Part shown: in pieces, positions 1 to 10,341 of the stretch
Layout: each line of letters begins with the position of its first letter
How positions within the stretch are numbered: position 1 is the first letter of the stretch
Virus record (IMG/VR): IMGVR_UViG_3300027870_000001
Span: 22,792 to 86,791 of that record
Strand: one strand, 5' to 3'
Source of the DNA: a virus
Length of the DNA stretch: 64,000 bases
Made by a program: the position numbers and the translations under genes
The notes under the pieces: model-generated
Databases searched by the model: none
Told to the model about the DNA's origin: nothing
The model's input: only the letters and a program-made list of their open reading frames with translations

Positions 1-38
1 TGGCCCCGTTCGGGCTCGCCCCGAGGATCCTTGACCTG

Positions 39-518
39 ATGGGGGTCGACGGCACCCCGTTCCTGCGTCGCCGTGGTGTCGAGGGGCTGGCCACCGGCCG
101 CGGGATCCTCATCCACTGGATCCTGGCCCCGGACCCTGGCCTCGACCTCCACGACCACCCGTTCGAGTTCTGGACGTGGATCGTCAGGGGCGGGTACACC
201 GAGGAGTGGATGGACGGCCGGAATGCGTCGCTGATCGCTGGTGCGGTCGAGCACGTCACCGCGCTCGGTCACCCGCAGCCCCGTGGTCTGGTTCGCTCCT
301 GGGCGAAGGGCTCCGTGCACCGGATGCCCCTGAACGTCACCCACCGGATCAGTCACGTCGAGCCGGGCACGATCACGGTCGTGTTCCGAGCCCGGAAGAC
401 CCGCGAGTGGGGGTTCTACCTCCCGACCGGCTGGGTCCACTGGCGCCGTTACGACTACCAGGCCCGCCGGCCGGGCATGGCATCGTCGTCGAAGCCTGAG
501 GAGAACCACCTCGCATGA
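39..518 (+). CDS. Cupin-fold (cysteine dioxygenase-like) phage protein; reading frame open to window start
   Basis: LHDHPFEFWTWIVRGGYTEE...HRI motif typical of phage cupin proteins; no upstream in-frame stop in window. Confidence 0.55.
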   Translation: MGVDGTPFLRRRGVEGLATGRGILIHWILAPDPGLDLHDHPFEFWTWIVRGGYTEEWMDGRNASLIAGAVEHVTALGHPQPRGLVRSWAKGSVHRMPLNVTHRISHVEPGTITVVFRARKTREWGFYLPTGWVHWRRYDYQARRPGMASSSKPEENHLA

Positions 519-871
519 CCGAGGCCGCGAAGGAGATGCTCCGCTGCGAGGACGAGCACCTGATGATCGTCGAACGGGCCCAGCTCAGGGTCCGTCTCGG
601 TGAGACAGGCTGGTGGTTCGTCGACGGTGCCCCGTCGCTTGCGGAGTCGGCGGTGTCCCGGTGCCACCGGCTCCTCAAAGGTGACCGGTGGGAACGGTCG
701 GTCAGAGTCGAGGTCGGGCTCGACGGTGAGGTGAAGCTGCGCCGCTACGTCGACGGTGACCGGGTGCGCGAGACGATCTGGACGGGGCACCTCCCGATCG
801 ACGAGATCATCACCGCCACCGACGCCGCCCTGACGTGGGAACGCCCACCTGGGCTCCCATCCTCACCCTGA
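515..871 (+). CDS. Hypothetical protein
   Basis: ATGA overlap with upstream gene; native codon usage. Confidence 0.6.
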   Translation: MTEAAKEMLRCEDEHLMIVERAQLRVRLGETGWWFVDGAPSLAESAVSRCHRLLKGDRWERSVRVEVGLDGEVKLRRYVDGDRVRETIWTGHLPIDEIITATDAALTWERPPGLPSSP

Positions 872-935
872 CCCCTGCCAAGCTGTCCTGGACCATCTGA
901 GCGTCCGATCCCGCCACCCTGGAGGCCATCCCGTC

Positions 936-2057
936 ATGCCGAAGTTCGTGCGCTACTACCCGGACGGGGTCAACGTCCTCGACGAAGCCAAGGCCCGGCT
1001 CCGTCACGCCTACAAGAACTTCGACCATGTCGTGATCTCGTTCTCCGGGGGCAAGGACAGCTTGGCGCTCCTCGAACTGGCCCGTGAGATCGCCATCGAC
1101 GAGCTCCAGGTCACCGACAAGGTCGAGGCGTGGTTCCGGGACGAGGAGGTGATCCCGAACATCGTCGCTGACTTCGTCGAGTCGATGAAGGATCTGCCAT
1201 GGCTGGACCTCCACTGGTGGGCGGTGCCGCTCCGCTCGGTGAAGGCCGCGTTCGGGGTGACCGAGCGGTATATCCAATGGGACCCGGCCCGCGACCCAGC
1301 GAACGGTGGGGTCGGGTTCGTGCGTGACCTGCCACCGTGGGCGGTCACCCTCGACACCCTCGGTCTGCCGGCGGACACGGTCCTCTCCCAGTACACCGCC
1401 GACGCCGCGTTCGCTGACTCGCTCCTGGGCCGCGGGTCGATCGTCCAAGCGATCGGGATCCGCTGCACCGAGTCGCTCCTCCGCTACGCAGCGATCGTGA
1501 ACGGCGGCTCCCGAGGCCGGCGCACCTGGCTGACCACCCCCGAACGGATGGGCAACCGGAAGCGCCTGGTGGCGATGGGCCGACCGATCTACGACTGGGC
1601 CGAGAACGACGTGTTCCGCCTGTTCTACGAGCGCGGCGTCCGGTACTGCTCGATCTACGACACCCAGATGTGGCTGCGCCGCGAGATGCGCGTCGCCACC
1701 TCCCTGACGACCCAGAACGCCAGGATGCTCGACCGGCTCCGCGTGACGGATCCTGCCCACTTCGAGCGTCTGGCCAAGGTGTTCCCCGAGGTCGAGTCGC
1801 TGGCCCGGTACAACGCCGACTTCGACCACGACGCGCTGATCGACAGGATCGGCGTCGATTGGGAGACGCTCACCGCCTGGGTCGAGGAGCACCAGACCGG
1901 CGACCTGTACGACAAGGCGATGGAGTTCATCCGCTATCACCGCAAGTGGGGCGAGGAAGGCAAGCCGGCGTTCCCGGTCCACGAGGCCGCGGCCCGCCTG
2001 GTCCGAGGCGATCACCAGCGTGGCGCCGGCACAGCGTCCGTCGGGGCCGGGGTCTGA
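936..2057 (+). CDS. PAPS-reductase / PP-loop family protein (IbrA-like)
   Basis: SFSGGKDS PP-loop, FRDEEV, GIRCTES, RPIYDWAENDVF, MRVA motifs; adjacent to ParB-like gene. Confidence 0.8.
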   Translation: MPKFVRYYPDGVNVLDEAKARLRHAYKNFDHVVISFSGGKDSLALLELAREIAIDELQVTDKVEAWFRDEEVIPNIVADFVESMKDLPWLDLHWWAVPLRSVKAAFGVTERYIQWDPARDPANGGVGFVRDLPPWAVTLDTLGLPADTVLSQYTADAAFADSLLGRGSIVQAIGIRCTESLLRYAAIVNGGSRGRRTWLTTPERMGNRKRLVAMGRPIYDWAENDVFRLFYERGVRYCSIYDTQMWLRREMRVATSLTTQNARMLDRLRVTDPAHFERLAKVFPEVESLARYNADFDHDALIDRIGVDWETLTAWVEEHQTGDLYDKAMEFIRYHRKWGEEGKPAFPVHEAAARLVRGDHQRGAGTASVGAGV

Positions 2058-2070
2058 CCCACCCCGGCCG

Positions 2071-2092
2071 CTGTAGCACCATCGGCTACAGT
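2071..2092 (+). promoter_or_regulatory. Repeat promoter, variant copy (CTGTAGC..GCTACAGT), leaderless start at 2100
   Basis: TACAGT 2087-2092, 7 nt to ATG. Confidence 0.7.
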
Positions 2093-2099
2093 CACGGGC

Positions 2100-2702
2100 A
2101 TGGCCCGTACCGCTCAAGCTGACCCCATCGACTCGATCACCTGGGTGGAAGCCACCTCGCTGCGCTCGAACGTCTACAACCCCAACCGGGTCCTGACCCC
2201 CGAGCTGCTCCTCCTCGAACGGTCGCTCCTCTCGACCGGCTGGATCCAACCGGTCCTCGCGAACCCTGACGGGGTGATCATCGACGGGTTCCACCGATGG
2301 CGTCTCACCCAGGACTCCCCAGCGATCGCGCAACGCTGGGCCGGCAAGCTGCCCGTCGCCACCCTCGACGTCGACGAACCGACAGCGATGGCGATCACGG
2401 TGCGGATCAACCGGGCGAAGGGCCAGCACTCCGCCGCGCTCATGGCCGCGCTGGTCCAGGCCATCATCAACGACCACGGCTGGACCCCCGAACGGCTCGG
2501 CACCGAGATCGGCGCCAACCCCACCGAGATCGACTTGCTCCTCACCGAAGGGGTGTTCGACCACAAGAACATCGACTCGTGGGCGTACTCCGCCGCCTGG
2601 TACCCGGTGCCGTCCGACTCGCCGGCTGCGGCGGACGGCCTGACGTCGTCGGCTCCGCTGCCGGTCGAACGCCCCGAAGACCCCGAGGAGGTCCCGGCAT
2701 GA
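2100..2702 (+). CDS. ParB/Sulfiredoxin-like nuclease domain protein (IbrB-like)
   Basis: YNPN, SLLSTGWIQPV, IIDGFHRW, TVRINRAKG motifs. Confidence 0.8.
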   Translation: MARTAQADPIDSITWVEATSLRSNVYNPNRVLTPELLLLERSLLSTGWIQPVLANPDGVIIDGFHRWRLTQDSPAIAQRWAGKLPVATLDVDEPTAMAITVRINRAKGQHSAALMAALVQAIINDHGWTPERLGTEIGANPTEIDLLLTEGVFDHKNIDSWAYSAAWYPVPSDSPAAADGLTSSAPLPVERPEDPEEVPA

Positions 2703-3265
2703 CCACCGAAGATCCGCCGCTCGACGCAGCCCGCCGGGCCTACGAGTTCGCCACCGCCCACTCGAACGGTCCGATCGGTGAACTCCAGCTCCCGTGGGAT
2801 GCCCTGACAGACGAGGAGACAGCGGCGTGGGTGTGCCACGTCCGTGACCTCCGAGAGGACGCGATCGTGATCAACGGGCAGCGGTTCACGAACGCCGATG
2901 CCGAGGGCATCCTGCGCGACATGGGGTTCACCCACCTGACCAACGGATCCTGGGTCACGCCACCGGCCCTCGGCTACCCCGCACCCGGGGCCAAGTCCGT
3001 CGTGCTCACCGAGGCGAAAGCGGCAGAGCGGGCGGTCCGCGGCGGGCGTGGAGTCGAGCCGTGGGAGCACAGCTTGATCCGGGCGTGGGCGATCGTGATG
3101 ACGGTCAGCGTCGTGTTCGCCATCGGCGCGGCGTGGGGGACTCGACGCACCCACGACCGGGCCGACACCCGCACGAGGACGGCGGTGTGCCAGGTGCTCG
3201 ACGAGCTCGGCGCCGACCCTGCCACCCCCGCAGCGGTAGAGCCGTGCAAGGGCCTCCCCCGGTGA
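2699..3265 (+). CDS. Hypothetical membrane protein
   Basis: ATGA overlap; hydrophobic segment WAIVMTVSVVFAIGAAW. Confidence 0.55.
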   Translation: MTTEDPPLDAARRAYEFATAHSNGPIGELQLPWDALTDEETAAWVCHVRDLREDAIVINGQRFTNADAEGILRDMGFTHLTNGSWVTPPALGYPAPGAKSVVLTEAKAAERAVRGGRGVEPWEHSLIRAWAIVMTVSVVFAIGAAWGTRRTHDRADTRTRTAVCQVLDELGADPATPAAVEPCKGLPR

Positions 3266-3630
3266 GGCCCCACCCCCCGGCCCCGCAGACCACCGAGCCG
3301 CCGGTCCCTGGCGATGTCCGGTGGATCGCCGGCTTGGATCTGCGCTGCACGGTCGTCGCCACCGGTCTGACAGCACCGACGTACCCGGTCGGTGTGCCGG
3401 GCTGTGACGTGGTCGTCCACCACGACGACCGACCCGACGAGCACCGGGTCGTCCCGACCGACAGGCTGCTCACCACGGCGGAGATGGCGGCGTGGCTGCT
3501 GGTGATCGCCTCGTGGTGGGAGGAGATGCACGAGCGCCGCTCGATCGAGGCCCGCGAGGCCCTGGTGGCGATGCACTCGTGCCGTGCGAAGTCCGAAGTC
3601 CTGCAACCTGATGGAGCCACCCCAACATGA
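3262..3630 (+). CDS. Hypothetical protein
   Basis: GTGA overlap with neighbours. Confidence 0.5.
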   Translation: MRPHPPAPQTTEPPVPGDVRWIAGLDLRCTVVATGLTAPTYPVGVPGCDVVVHHDDRPDEHRVVPTDRLLTTAEMAAWLLVIASWWEEMHERRSIEAREALVAMHSCRAKSEVLQPDGATPT

Positions 3631-4463
3631 CCCCCGAACGCCTTGACCAACTCGCCGCGTACCTCACCCGCTGCACCGACGCGATCTTCGGGGTGCCCCT
3701 GCGCCGCCAGGTCCGTGAGGGCAACGACCTGATCGACTCGCTGATCCACGACCTCGGTGCCCGCGACGTCGAGATCAAGCGGCTCCACCGTGCCCTCGGG
3801 GAACAGACGAGGGCGGTGAAGTCCTGGAGGAACCGGTGCCTGCGCGCCAAGAAGAACCTCGCCCTGGCCCGCGAGCACCGTGACCGGGTCCGGGCCGAAG
3901 GCCGAGCTGACCGTGAGGCCCTGGCTGTGGCCAACCGCAAGGTCGCAGTGTTCGACATGCTGCTCGACGCCGGCCTGCTCGACCCTCGACGTCGTGACGT
4001 CGTCCTCCGAAGCGCCGTCGAGGCCCTCCGCCCGCTCCCTGGCCCGACCCAGCAATCAACGATCGCTGACGAGCTGACCGTCGGCGTCTATAGCGCGAGG
4101 CCGGTGACGGCGGTCCCGGTCGAGGAGATCATGGAGTCGCCTGGCCCAGCGACGGGTACCCCGATCACGCCCGACCCCGACAACGACGAGACGATCAAGG
4201 CGGAGCAGACCGTCGGGTTGGGGCCGCTGGCCGGCTTGGGTCCGCTCCGCCCGATGGGAACAGCCGGTCACCTGGCCCAGGCTCTCGACGCCTACCGGTC
4301 GGGCCCAGCTCTCGACGTGTGCGCCAAGCCCGGGTGCGGACACCAGCGTCGCCTGCACCCGACGTCGTCCTCGGATCACGCCGCCGGGTTCTGCACCGGT
4401 CAAGGCCCGTGGTGGCGCCTCGGTGCCTGCGCCTGCCACGGGTTCGTGGAGCCGACGCCGTGA
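3627..4463 (+). CDS. Coiled-coil protein with C-terminal Cys/His cluster
   Basis: GGAG RBS; CAKPGCGHQRRLH...CTG...CACHGF. Confidence 0.55.
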   Translation: MTPERLDQLAAYLTRCTDAIFGVPLRRQVREGNDLIDSLIHDLGARDVEIKRLHRALGEQTRAVKSWRNRCLRAKKNLALAREHRDRVRAEGRADREALAVANRKVAVFDMLLDAGLLDPRRRDVVLRSAVEALRPLPGPTQQSTIADELTVGVYSARPVTAVPVEEIMESPGPATGTPITPDPDNDETIKAEQTVGLGPLAGLGPLRPMGTAGHLAQALDAYRSGPALDVCAKPGCGHQRRLHPTSSSDHAAGFCTGQGPWWRLGACACHGFVEPTP

Positions 4464-4599
4464 CGACCGACGAGGCGGTGGGTGAGATCGCCACGGTGAC
4501 CAACGCCTGGGCGGACGAGGTGGTCACGGTCCCTGATGACCCGTCTGGGCGGTCGATGGCCAAGATCGCTGCGATCCTCCTCGCTGTCGAGGCCGACCG

Positions 4600-5127
4600 G
4601 TGAGCACCGAGTACGGGTACGCCACCACCGACGACGGCCGACTGGTGTGGCTGTCCCCGTCCCCGGACCTCGACCTGACGGTGTCCGAGGTGTCACCAGG
4701 GGAAGGGTGGATGCCAGCGACCCCGGAGCTGCTCACCGAGGCCGGGTTCGTCCAGACCGGCCCAGACACGTGGGCCCGGTACCCCGGGTTCATCCCACCA
4801 CCGACACCCGAGCCGGGCCTTCCTGACGCCACACGGGCCGGCTGGGACGACATCTACGCCGCTGCCATGGCCGTCATCGCCCCCCACGGTGACCCGGCAA
4901 CGATCGAGGCCCTCCCGAGGTGGTTGCTGATCCCAGCGATCAACGCCGCCGTCGACGCAGCAACCGCGCACCTCAGCTCGACCGTCGAGCACGGCGTCGA
5001 CCTGGAGGACGGCACCGGAGTCCGCGTCACCCCCGAGTCGTGGGTCGATAGCCACCTCAAGGCTGGCGGGGTTCCCCTGCCCCTCTACAAGCGCACCGTC
5101 ACCCGCACCCCATGGGAACCAACGTGA
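4600..5127 (+). CDS. Hypothetical protein
   Basis: GTGA overlap; native codon usage. Confidence 0.55.
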   Translation: MSTEYGYATTDDGRLVWLSPSPDLDLTVSEVSPGEGWMPATPELLTEAGFVQTGPDTWARYPGFIPPPTPEPGLPDATRAGWDDIYAAAMAVIAPHGDPATIEALPRWLLIPAINAAVDAATAHLSSTVEHGVDLEDGTGVRVTPESWVDSHLKAGGVPLPLYKRTVTRTPWEPT

Positions 5128-5194
5128 CCCTCGTGGCCCGTACCATCCAAGGCGCCATCCTCGCCCTGGCCGTCCTCCTCCTGGACTGGATCCA

Positions 5195-5926
5195 ATGACC
5201 ACCGAAACCCGAACCCCGAACGCCAACGAGTCGAACGTCGGCCGACAGTGGAAGCTCACCCGCCGCCGCCTCGACCGGATCCTCACCGCCGTCGCCGCCG
5301 GTGCCCCCATGTCGAGCGCCGCGAAAGCAGCAGGCATCGGCACCTCCACGTTCTGGAAGTACCACGCCCTCGGCCTCACCCTCCTCGACAAGGCCATCGC
5401 AGACGGCGTCATCGACCCCGACCTCCTCGAACTCGCAGAGGAGAACGCCCAAGGGCTCGCAGACGCAGCCGCCAACGCCCAAGGCGAGAAGGCCGCACCG
5501 GTCAACCCGACGAAGGTCCTCGGCCGCTACCTGTCCGACGCCGGCTGGCCCGAAATCGACTGTCTGTTCGTGGAATTGGTGGACGGAGTGGCCCGTGCCG
5601 AAGCGGAGGGCGAGCTGCGCCTCGTGACTCTCGTGTCCCGTCATGCGGAGAAGTCCTGGCAGGCCGGGATCGCGCTGCTGTCGCGGCGGTGGCCTGAGCG
5701 GTACCGGGAAGGTGTGGAGATCACGGGGGAGGGCGGCGGTCCGATCCACGTCGCGACGGATGCGGAGCTGGCCCGACAGTTGCGTGATGACCCGGAGGCG
5801 CGTCGGCTGTCGTCGGAGCTGTTGGCTCGGGTGACGCCGTCGGCCCCGGTCGGGACCCCGGCTATCGTCGACGACGACGACCCGGACGGCGAGGACGACG
5901 GTGACGCTGCTCCTCCCGGAGAGTGA
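5195..5926 (+). CDS. terS: Terminase small subunit
   Basis: N-terminal HTH (SSAAKAAGIGTSTFWKY), WQAGIALLSRRWPERY, EITGEGGGPI; directly upstream of TerL. Confidence 0.75.
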   Translation: MTTETRTPNANESNVGRQWKLTRRRLDRILTAVAAGAPMSSAAKAAGIGTSTFWKYHALGLTLLDKAIADGVIDPDLLELAEENAQGLADAAANAQGEKAAPVNPTKVLGRYLSDAGWPEIDCLFVELVDGVARAEAEGELRLVTLVSRHAEKSWQAGIALLSRRWPERYREGVEITGEGGGPIHVATDAELARQLRDDPEARRLSSELLARVTPSAPVGTPAIVDDDDPDGEDDGDAAPPGE

Positions 5927-8708
5927 TGGGCTCCAGAACGCTGACCGGCTGATCCGGCTGCCGGTCACCCCGGCGCATCTGGGGGTGCGGGCGTCGCGCG
6001 GGCATTGGGTGTACCCGCGGCATATCCAATATCTGAACGAGTACATGGTCGACTTCCTCCTCGACCCTGATGAGCGGTTCGTGATCATCGAGCTCCCAGT
6101 TCGCCACGGGAAGGAGACGCGGGTCGATGAGCCGGTGCTCACGCCGTCGGGCTGGTCGACGATGGGCGCGCTCCAACCCGGAGACGAGGTGTTCGGCCCC
6201 GACGGGCGTCCGACCGAGGTGCTGTGGCGGTCGCCGGTCAACCGGTCGGCTCCGAAGCTGCGGGTGGCGTTCACGGACGGCACCTCGATCGACGTGCACC
6301 CGGCGCATGAGTGGACGGTGTGGTGCCGAGCGAACCGGAAGTGGCGGACCTACGAGACGCAGCACCTGGCCCGGTTGAAGCTCACCTCGGGGCAGGGCCC
6401 GACGGGCAGGTACCTGTACCAGCTCCCGCAGCGGTCCCCGGTCGAGTTCCCCGACGCCGAACTCCCGGTCGACCCGTGGCTGATTGGCTACTGGATCGGA
6501 GACGGCGGCGCAGAGAACGCCTACCTCACCGCGGGCGGCGACGCCGACGAGATCATCGAGATCCTCACCGCGGTGGGTGAAGCACCGCACATCAGGTTCG
6601 CTCACAAGGCGACGGGCTGCGAGTACCTCCGGGTGCCGACGTTGCGTCGCCGGCTGTGGGAGATCGGCATCCGCGGCGTCAAGAAGATCCCCGAGGTGTG
6701 CTGGACGTCGAGCGTCGCGCAACGCCGGGCGCTGCTCCAGGGGATCGTTGACTCCGACGGGCACGTCGAGCGCGGGTCGGGCCGGGTGCGGGTCGTGGGC
6801 CACGACGAGGCCCTCGTCCGCTCGGTCGCCACCTTGGCCCGCACCCTCGGCCACCGGGCCACGATCTACACCGAGACGGACACCAGGCCCCCGCACCTGA
6901 TCGTCAACCGTGACGGCTCGACCCAGATGATCGCCACCGCCGGCACCCGCTGGGTCTGCTCATGGACCCCGACCGATGGCCTCCCCCCGGGCCGGTTGGC
7001 CCGCAAGACCACCGCCCGACCGGCGCGCCGCCAGGAACGGATCGCCATCGCCTCGATCACCGAGGCCCCCCCGGCGGACGGGGTGTGCATCCAGGTCGAT
7101 CGGTCCGACGGGCTGTTCCTCGTCGGACGGGAGCTGATCCCGACCCACAACTCTTGGTTCATCTCGAAGTACCTGACGGCGTGGCACGTCGGGTGTTGGC
7201 CGAACAAGAACGTGCTCCTCACCTCGTACAGCGACACCTTGGCCAAGGGGTTCTCCCGCGATGCCCGGATGATCTTGGAGGAGTACGGCCCGGACCTGTT
7301 CGGGGTGAAGGTGCGTGGGGACTCCAGGTCGGTGAACCGGTGGGAGATCGCGGATCACTTCGGTGGGTTCAAGGCCAGCACCCTGTACGGGTCGATCACT
7401 GGTGTCGGCGGCGATCTGATCGTGATCGACGACCCGGTGAAGGACGCGAAGGCGGCGCACTCGGTCAACGCCCGTGAGGCCCTGTGGGAGTGGTACCAGG
7501 AAACGCTGCGTGGCCGTCTGGAGCCGGGCGGGAAGATCATCGTGGTCATGTCCCGCTGGCATGAGGACGACCTCGTCGGTCGGCTTCTGGCCCACTCTGA
7601 GTCGGACCCGGAGGCGGACCAGTGGGAGAGGATCCGGTTGCCGGCGATCGCGGAACCCGGGCCGGATGAGCCCGAGTTCAAGATGCCGATCGAGGTGCTG
7701 CGCGAGGTCGGCTGGACCGACGAGATGGGCCGTCAGGCGGGGGAGGCGTTGTGGCCTGAGCGGTGGCCGGTGAAGCGGCTGCGTCGGATCAAGGCGTCGG
7801 TGTCGGCGGTGTCGTGGGAGTCGAACTATCAGCAGCGTCCGACGGCCCGCGAGGGCGACGTGTTCAAGACGCACAACTGGAAGTACGTGGGGGCTCTGCC
7901 GGCGGCGGTTGGGCCGAAGCGGATGATCCGCCGCTATGACCTCGCTGACGACGGATCCGACTACGCCGCGACGTCGCTGCTCGGCTGGCATGAGGGACGG
8001 ACCTACATCATCGACGTGCGCCGCACGAAAGGCGGGTCGGCGCACGTCCGCCGGTTCTTCCGGGCCGCGGCGGTGGAGGACCGCCAGAAGTATGGGCGTG
8101 GCATCGAGCAGATCATCGAGCAGGAGCCGGGGTCGGCCGGCAAGACGATCGCTGACCAGTACGTGGCGACGGTGTTCGCCGGGTTCCGGGCCAAGAAGCT
8201 CACCACCTCCGGGTCGAAGGAGCTCAACGCGGAGGGCCTCGCCGCCCAGCAGGAAGCCGGCAACGTGTACCTCGTCGGGGTCGGCACCGAAACCGACGGC
8301 AGCGTGCGACCGGCTCACTGGTGGGACGACTACAAGGAGGAGGCCCGCACCTTCCCCCGTGGCGCGAACGACGACATGATCGACACGTCGTCCCAGGCGT
8401 ACAACGACCTCGCCGCACGGCTGACCCAACGGGTGAAGGGCCGCGCGGTGACGAAGGCTGGCGCGTCAGGTCGTGGCGGTGCGGTCACGAAGGCGAAGAC
8501 GGTCCAGCGGGGCGCGACCTCCTCGTCGAAGGGCAAGCCGGTGGTGCCGCAGATCGAGGCCGAGGTCGAGGACATGCCGGGCCCGGAGGAGGATGCCCCG
8601 GAGGAGTCGACGGTGATGCCGTCGGCGCCGGCTGCGCCTCGTCGGACCCCGTTGAAGGGCGGCACCGGGCCGGGTCAGCGGCGGAAGCCACCGAAGAAAC
8701 GCCGGTAG
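5901..8708 (+). CDS. terL: Terminase large subunit (intein-containing)
   Basis: Spliced Walker A PVRHGK|S, Walker B IVIDDPVKD, MSRWHEDDLVG, YQQRP, FPRGANDDMID nuclease motif. Confidence 0.92.
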   Translation: MTLLLPESDGLQNADRLIRLPVTPAHLGVRASRGHWVYPRHIQYLNEYMVDFLLDPDERFVIIELPVRHGKETRVDEPVLTPSGWSTMGALQPGDEVFGPDGRPTEVLWRSPVNRSAPKLRVAFTDGTSIDVHPAHEWTVWCRANRKWRTYETQHLARLKLTSGQGPTGRYLYQLPQRSPVEFPDAELPVDPWLIGYWIGDGGAENAYLTAGGDADEIIEILTAVGEAPHIRFAHKATGCEYLRVPTLRRRLWEIGIRGVKKIPEVCWTSSVAQRRALLQGIVDSDGHVERGSGRVRVVGHDEALVRSVATLARTLGHRATIYTETDTRPPHLIVNRDGSTQMIATAGTRWVCSWTPTDGLPPGRLARKTTARPARRQERIAIASITEAPPADGVCIQVDRSDGLFLVGRELIPTHNSWFISKYLTAWHVGCWPNKNVLLTSYSDTLAKGFSRDARMILEEYGPDLFGVKVRGDSRSVNRWEIADHFGGFKASTLYGSITGVGGDLIVIDDPVKDAKAAHSVNAREALWEWYQETLRGRLEPGGKIIVVMSRWHEDDLVGRLLAHSESDPEADQWERIRLPAIAEPGPDEPEFKMPIEVLREVGWTDEMGRQAGEALWPERWPVKRLRRIKASVSAVSWESNYQQRPTAREGDVFKTHNWKYVGALPAAVGPKRMIRRYDLADDGSDYAATSLLGWHEGRTYIIDVRRTKGGSAHVRRFFRAAAVEDRQKYGRGIEQIIEQEPGSAGKTIADQYVATVFAGFRAKKLTTSGSKELNAEGLAAQQEAGNVYLVGVGTETDGSVRPAHWWDDYKEEARTFPRGANDDMIDTSSQAYNDLAARLTQRVKGRAVTKAGASGRGGAVTKAKTVQRGATSSSKGKPVVPQIEAEVEDMPGPEEDAPEESTVMPSAPAAPRRTPLKGGTGPGQRRKPPKKRR
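6114..7151 (+). mobile_element. Class-3-type intein (346 aa) with LAGLIDADG homing endonuclease, inserted in TerL Walker A
   Basis: Block A ETRVDEPVLTPSGW; HPAHEW; LAGLIDADG-like WLIGYWIGDG and LLQGIVDSDG; block F VCIQVD; ends PTHN followed by Ser. Confidence 0.88.
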
Positions 8709-8721
8709 ACCCCCTCGCCCG

Positions 8722-8743
8722 ACTGTCTCGGATCTGCTACGGT
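8722..8743 (+). promoter_or_regulatory. Repeat promoter, leaderless start at 8751
   Basis: ACTGTCTCGGATCTGCTACGGT, 7 nt to ATG. Confidence 0.8.
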
Positions 8744-8750
8744 TACGGGT

Positions 8751-10300
8751 ATGGACGAACCCACAGCAACCATCACAGCCCCACCCGACGACCCCCGGAC
8801 GGTCATCGCCCTCGCCATCAACGATGACGACAGCGCCGGCCTCTCCGGGTTCGAGCTCACCCCCGACGAGGTAGCCGACGAGATCCTCGACCGGCTCACC
8901 AACGCCGGGTACACGATCCACCCGACCCCCCGGCTCCACACGGCCCGCGAGCTGCTCGCCAACATGGGGATCACCAACCCCGAGGTGCTCACCGACACCG
9001 ACGGCGCCGGCTGGGACTTCGACCGGCCCGCTGCCATCGCCCCCGCCTGGTCGGCCGACGACGGCGGGCTCCGGGTCTGGTGCGGCGGGCAGGCCCTGTT
9101 CACCCTCACCTGGCTCCAGGCCGACGGCCACCGAGCCAACCGTTCCCACGCCTACATCGTGATCGACACCCGCGACCTCGACGCCTGGCAGGCAGCCCGC
9201 CGAGCCGGTTCCACCCCGACCGGGGCGTGCCCGTCGCCCCGCATCCGCCTCGCCCAGGCCGGGTGACCCGATGGCCAAGCTCACTCGCACCCAGGTGGCC
9301 GAGCTGCGCGCCATCCTCGCCGGGGCCGAAGCCGCCGACGACGACATCAACCGGCCCGATGTGGTCCTCATGGCCGTGAAGCCGACGGCGACCACCACCC
9401 TCGACGTGACCCTGCCCGACGGTCGGGTCGTCACCGAGGTGGCCAAGCATTCCCGCCCGTTCGTTCGCCTCGACGCCGCCACCACGGCCCTGGCCCGATT
9501 CATCGTGGAGCACTCATGACCCTGATCCTTGACCGCAAGAACCGTGACCCCGAACAGGTCCGGGAGTTCATGCCCGGCTACCTCGCTGCCCGCAACGAGC
9601 TCGGCGCGGCGCCCGGTGCTCTGGTGTACGACGCTGACCTCAAGGGCCGGATCCCCGGGATCGAAGGCCCCGACGAGGAAACAGCGATCTACTACCTCCA
9701 GACCCTCCACAAGCTCGACGCGCTCCAGGTCCAGATCGACGAGTACCTGGCCGAAGGCGGGGAGGTGATCACCCACCTCGACGAGCCGACGAAGTTCCGG
9801 TCGATCGTCCGCTACGGCTGGTACGTGGGCGGCACCGGCTGGCAGGAGTGGTCCGGTGCCCGGCTGTGCCCGAACAGCAAGGGTGTCCCGTCGTTCGTGC
9901 TCCCCAAGGGGAGCCGCACCCGCGGCCACTCCATCGACGGATCCAAGGTCATGGTGAAGCGATGACTCGTCGGCACGTCGACCACGACAGGGTCGGGACC
10001 ACGACGCACCGGGCCACCGCGTACCGGTGGGACCCGGACCAGGACGACAACGAGGAGATCGCCGAGGCCGAACACTCCGATCTCGACAGCACCAAGGCCC
10101 TGGTCCTGGCCAACGCCCCGGCTGCCGAGTCGGTGCTCATCTACCGGGGCACCTACGAGTGGGACCCGGATCTTGACCACCACGAGGAAGGCGGCGCGGT
10201 CCGCTGGGTTACCTGGGTCCAGGACACCCACTGGTTCTGCAACGGGTATCCGACCGACGATCCGCTGGCGCCGTGGACGTGGGAGGAGGACCGGTGGTGA
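8751..10300 (+). other. Cassette of 4 hypothetical CDS (8751-9266, 9271-9519, 9516-9965, 9962-10300)
   Basis: Closely spaced or overlapping ORFs between two repeat promoters. Confidence 0.6.
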
Positions 10301-10311
10301 CCACCTCGCAC

Positions 10312-10334
10312 ACTGTCACCCCTCGTGCTACAGT
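10312..10334 (+). promoter_or_regulatory. Repeat promoter, leaderless start at 10342
   Basis: ACTGTCACCCCTCGTGCTACAGT, 7 nt to ATG. Confidence 0.8.
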
Positions 10335-10341
10335 CACGGGC

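Noticed and set aside
8722-8743. Repeat as an SOS box or PafBC (RecA-NDp) promoter
   Set aside because: Proteobacterial LexA is CTGT-N8-ACAG and actinobacterial LexA is GAAC-N4-GTTC; PafBC has about 12 nt between TGTC and the -10, versus 10-11 here. The resemblance is suggestive only
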